A DNA stretch of 64,000 nt, taken from contig JBBTSR010000001.1 in NCBI GenBank assembly GCA_038064615.1, positions 22,558-86,557 of the forward strand, in the 5' to 3' direction. Numbering within the stretch: the first letter of the stretch is position 1; each line of letters begins with the position of its first letter. Of this stretch, positions 62,592 to 64,000 are shown in pieces. Origin of the DNA: Patescibacteria group bacterium. Lineage in GTDB: Bacteria; Patescibacteriota; Microgenomatia; UBA1406; GWC2-37-13. Made by a program: the position numbers and the translations under genes. The notes beneath the pieces were generated by a model. That model ran no database searches. It saw only the letters and a program-made list of their open reading frames with translations, and had not been told where the DNA came from.

Positions 62592-62985
62592 TGGAGATGG
62601 CGAGAATTGAACTCGCGTCCGAGAAAACACTAATAAAAAGGTTTAGCTTAGAATAGATTATTTTTACTCGATTCCGATCGCTTGTGTAATCAAAGCGCTT
62701 CGGAAAGCTATTTCTAAATTGTGGACTCGATAACTAAATAGTAAGGTTATCTCGCCTTATTCCGATTGGTTTATCCCCCATATAGATTGAACCGGACAAA
62801 ATCTAAAGGGAGAGCTTTAGTTATATGCTAAATTAAGATCCTCTGCAAAAAGCATTGGTCTCGCAAAAGCATACTGTTGAGCTTCTGACAATTCTGTATT
62901 ATCAGTTAAGTTTTTCCATTTAACGCATAGGTGCGTCTAAGCCATTTTTAAAAGTGCAAATTTCCCGTCGATGCCTTGCATCCCC
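62592..62985 (-). ncRNA. ssrA: tmRNA (SsrA), no encoded CCA
   Basis: 5' GGGGATGCAAGGCATCGACGGGA.... 3' tRNA-like end GGACGCGAGTTCAATTCTCGCCATCTCCA. Acceptor GGGGATG/CATCTCC contains G3:U70. Lies immediately downstream of smpB. The tag frame is not confidently identified. Confidence 0.85.
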
Positions 62986-62986
62986 A

Positions 62987-63433
62987 TTACATTTTAACAT
63001 ATTCTTTCATTTCTCTTTCTTCCCTAATCTTAATATCTCTTTTCTTTTCTATTTTTCTTTTTTCTATATCTTTTCGGCCTTTTACCAACGCTATTTCCAA
63101 CTTGATATGAGGCCCCTTATTATAGCAGGAAACGGGGGCTAAAGTCAACCCACCTGAAACCATTTTTATCTTTAACTTTAAAAGTTCCTTTTTGTGTAAT
63201 AATAATTTTCTGGATCTTTTTGATTCGTAAGTATCATTGCGGGCGAACTTATAGATCGAGATATCAGCATTGATTAGATAGACTTCAGAGCCCATGATCC
63301 GGACAAAGGCATCGTCAATCCGTAAGCCCCCAGCTCTAATAGACTTTACTTCAGCTCCCGTCAAGACGATCCCCGCCTCATATTTTTCAATCTCACGATA
63401 CTCGCGATGGAATTTACGGTTAATGATTTTCAT
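62987..63433 (-). CDS. smpB: SsrA-binding protein SmpB
   Basis: 148 aa. ...YEAGIVLTGAEVKSIR...DAFV.......LIN..I..Y......YE..R.RKLLLHK.E...L... Confidence 0.9.
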   Translation of the reverse strand: MKIINRKFHREYREIEKYEAGIVLTGAEVKSIRAGGLRIDDAFVRIMGSEVYLINADISIYKFARNDTYESKRSRKLLLHKKELLKLKIKMVSGGLTLAPVSCYNKGPHIKLEIALVKGRKDIEKRKIEKKRDIKIREEREMKEYVKM

Positions 63434-63519
63434 ATGAAGTAATTATAATCTAAATAATGGAAATTTTAAAAAAAAGGGGTTAATTTAAGAATTTAAAATT
63501 ATTTCCACCAAATATAAAA

Positions 63520-64000
63520 TCAACGTTCTGTTCCTCTTTTTTCATATCCCTCTAAATGGGCATGATGAATTTCATCATAGACTTTTAGGATAGTTTTGGT
63601 TAATTCTGGGATTTTTTCCAGGCCAACATCCAAATGGCGGCCGTTTTTTATCCAATGAATCTCTCCTCCAAGAATTTTTTGGATTTCCAACGGATGTTTT
63701 TCAGGGATGAGTAAATCATGAGTAGAATAAAAAAGGTGGATTTTTTTGACGTTTGTTTTTATTGCTTCCCAATTAACTGGTTCTTCAAAAAAAGTCCCAT
63801 TGGTAGTCGACCAAAAAAAATCCAACAATATTCTCGCTCTAAAATCAGTTCTCATATTTGTTTTCCAAAGATCTTCTTCCGGCTGGAAGGGAGCGGAAAC
63901 AAAGAAGGCTCCGCCGGCCTGATGTTCCCCCAAATATTTAAACAAAAACCGGCCGCCAAGACTGTGGCCAATAAAAATAGCATTTTTTGTAAATTGATTT
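63520..64000 (-). CDS. alpha/beta-fold serine hydrolase, 5' end beyond the right window edge
   Basis: The frame stays open upstream of the track start to the window end and encodes ...AIFIGHSLGGRFLFKYLGEH... (GHSLGG nucleophile elbow). Confidence 0.6.
   Translation of the reverse strand, partial: NQFTKNAIFIGHSLGGRFLFKYLGEHQAGGAFFVSAPFQPEEDLWKTNMRTDFRARILLDFFWSTTNGTFFEEPVNWEAIKTNVKKIHLFYSTHDLLIPEKHPLEIQKILGGEIHWIKNGRHLDVGLEKIPELTKTILKVYDEIHHAHLEGYEKRGTER

Noticed and set aside
62954-63142. 62-aa plus-strand ORF
   Set aside because: It is antisense to smpB and overlaps the tmRNA 5' end. Its translation is Phe/Ser-rich low complexity.
1-64000. Alternative genetic code (UGA as sense), as in some candidate-phyla lineages
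   Set aside because: Long conserved genes (dnaA, dnaN, gatA, gatB, PBP2, VirB4) are intact under the standard code, and TGA functions as a stop, for example in the ATGA overlaps at 43371-43374 and 53004-53007.

Overview
Visibly AT-rich bacterial chromosomal segment that uses the standard genetic code (TGA is a stop, including in ATGA gene overlaps). The compact genes, scarcity of Shine-Dalgarno sequences and gene content suggest a small-genome Patescibacteria/CPR-like organism; this is an inference, since no rRNA lies in the window. Housekeeping content: the replication origin region (xer-like gene, DnaA boxes, dnaA, dnaN), gatCAB, PBP2, an S1-domain protein, Xaa-Pro aminopeptidase, smpB plus tmRNA, tRNA-Pro(GGG) and tRNA-Ala(GGC). 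Accessory content:
- A DDE-transposase IS and a transposase-less derivative, inserted in tandem at one target with three copies of a 15-bp duplication.
- An envelope-glycan locus at 5-17.5 kb: two Wzy/O-antigen-ligase-like proteins, two GT4 enzymes, an epimerase, two alkaline-phosphatase-superfamily enzymes, a PAPS-reductase-like protein and an SGNH hydrolase.
- A Fic-MerR fusion.
- Three type II toxin-antitoxin pairs.
- An orphan enzyme cluster at 26-33 kb: radical SAM/SPASM, ThDP enzyme, unknown 478-aa protein, histidine phosphatase, kinase-like protein and HAD.
- A type IV secretion-like apparatus in three blocks around the origin: VirD4-like, PrgI-like, VirB4-like, VirB2-like, SpoIID hydrolase, VirB6-like and proteins with sortase-type signals.
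- A protein resembling the RNA-free minimal RNase P (HARP) directly after dnaN.
- A small defence-like module next to ssrA.

Structure not explained by genes:
- A GC-rich hairpin repeat family with compensatory stem changes; one copy is in frame inside a CDS.
- Intergenic arrays of 8-9-bp words arranged as inverted blocks around the T4SS and origin genes.
- A 10-bp x3 tandem repeat inside a membrane glycosyltransferase.
- Three homopolymer frameshifts.
- A recurrent TATAAT-N6-9-ATG arrangement that suggests mostly leaderless transcripts.

No CRISPR array, rRNA or prophage was seen. All family assignments rest on motifs read by eye, not on searches.
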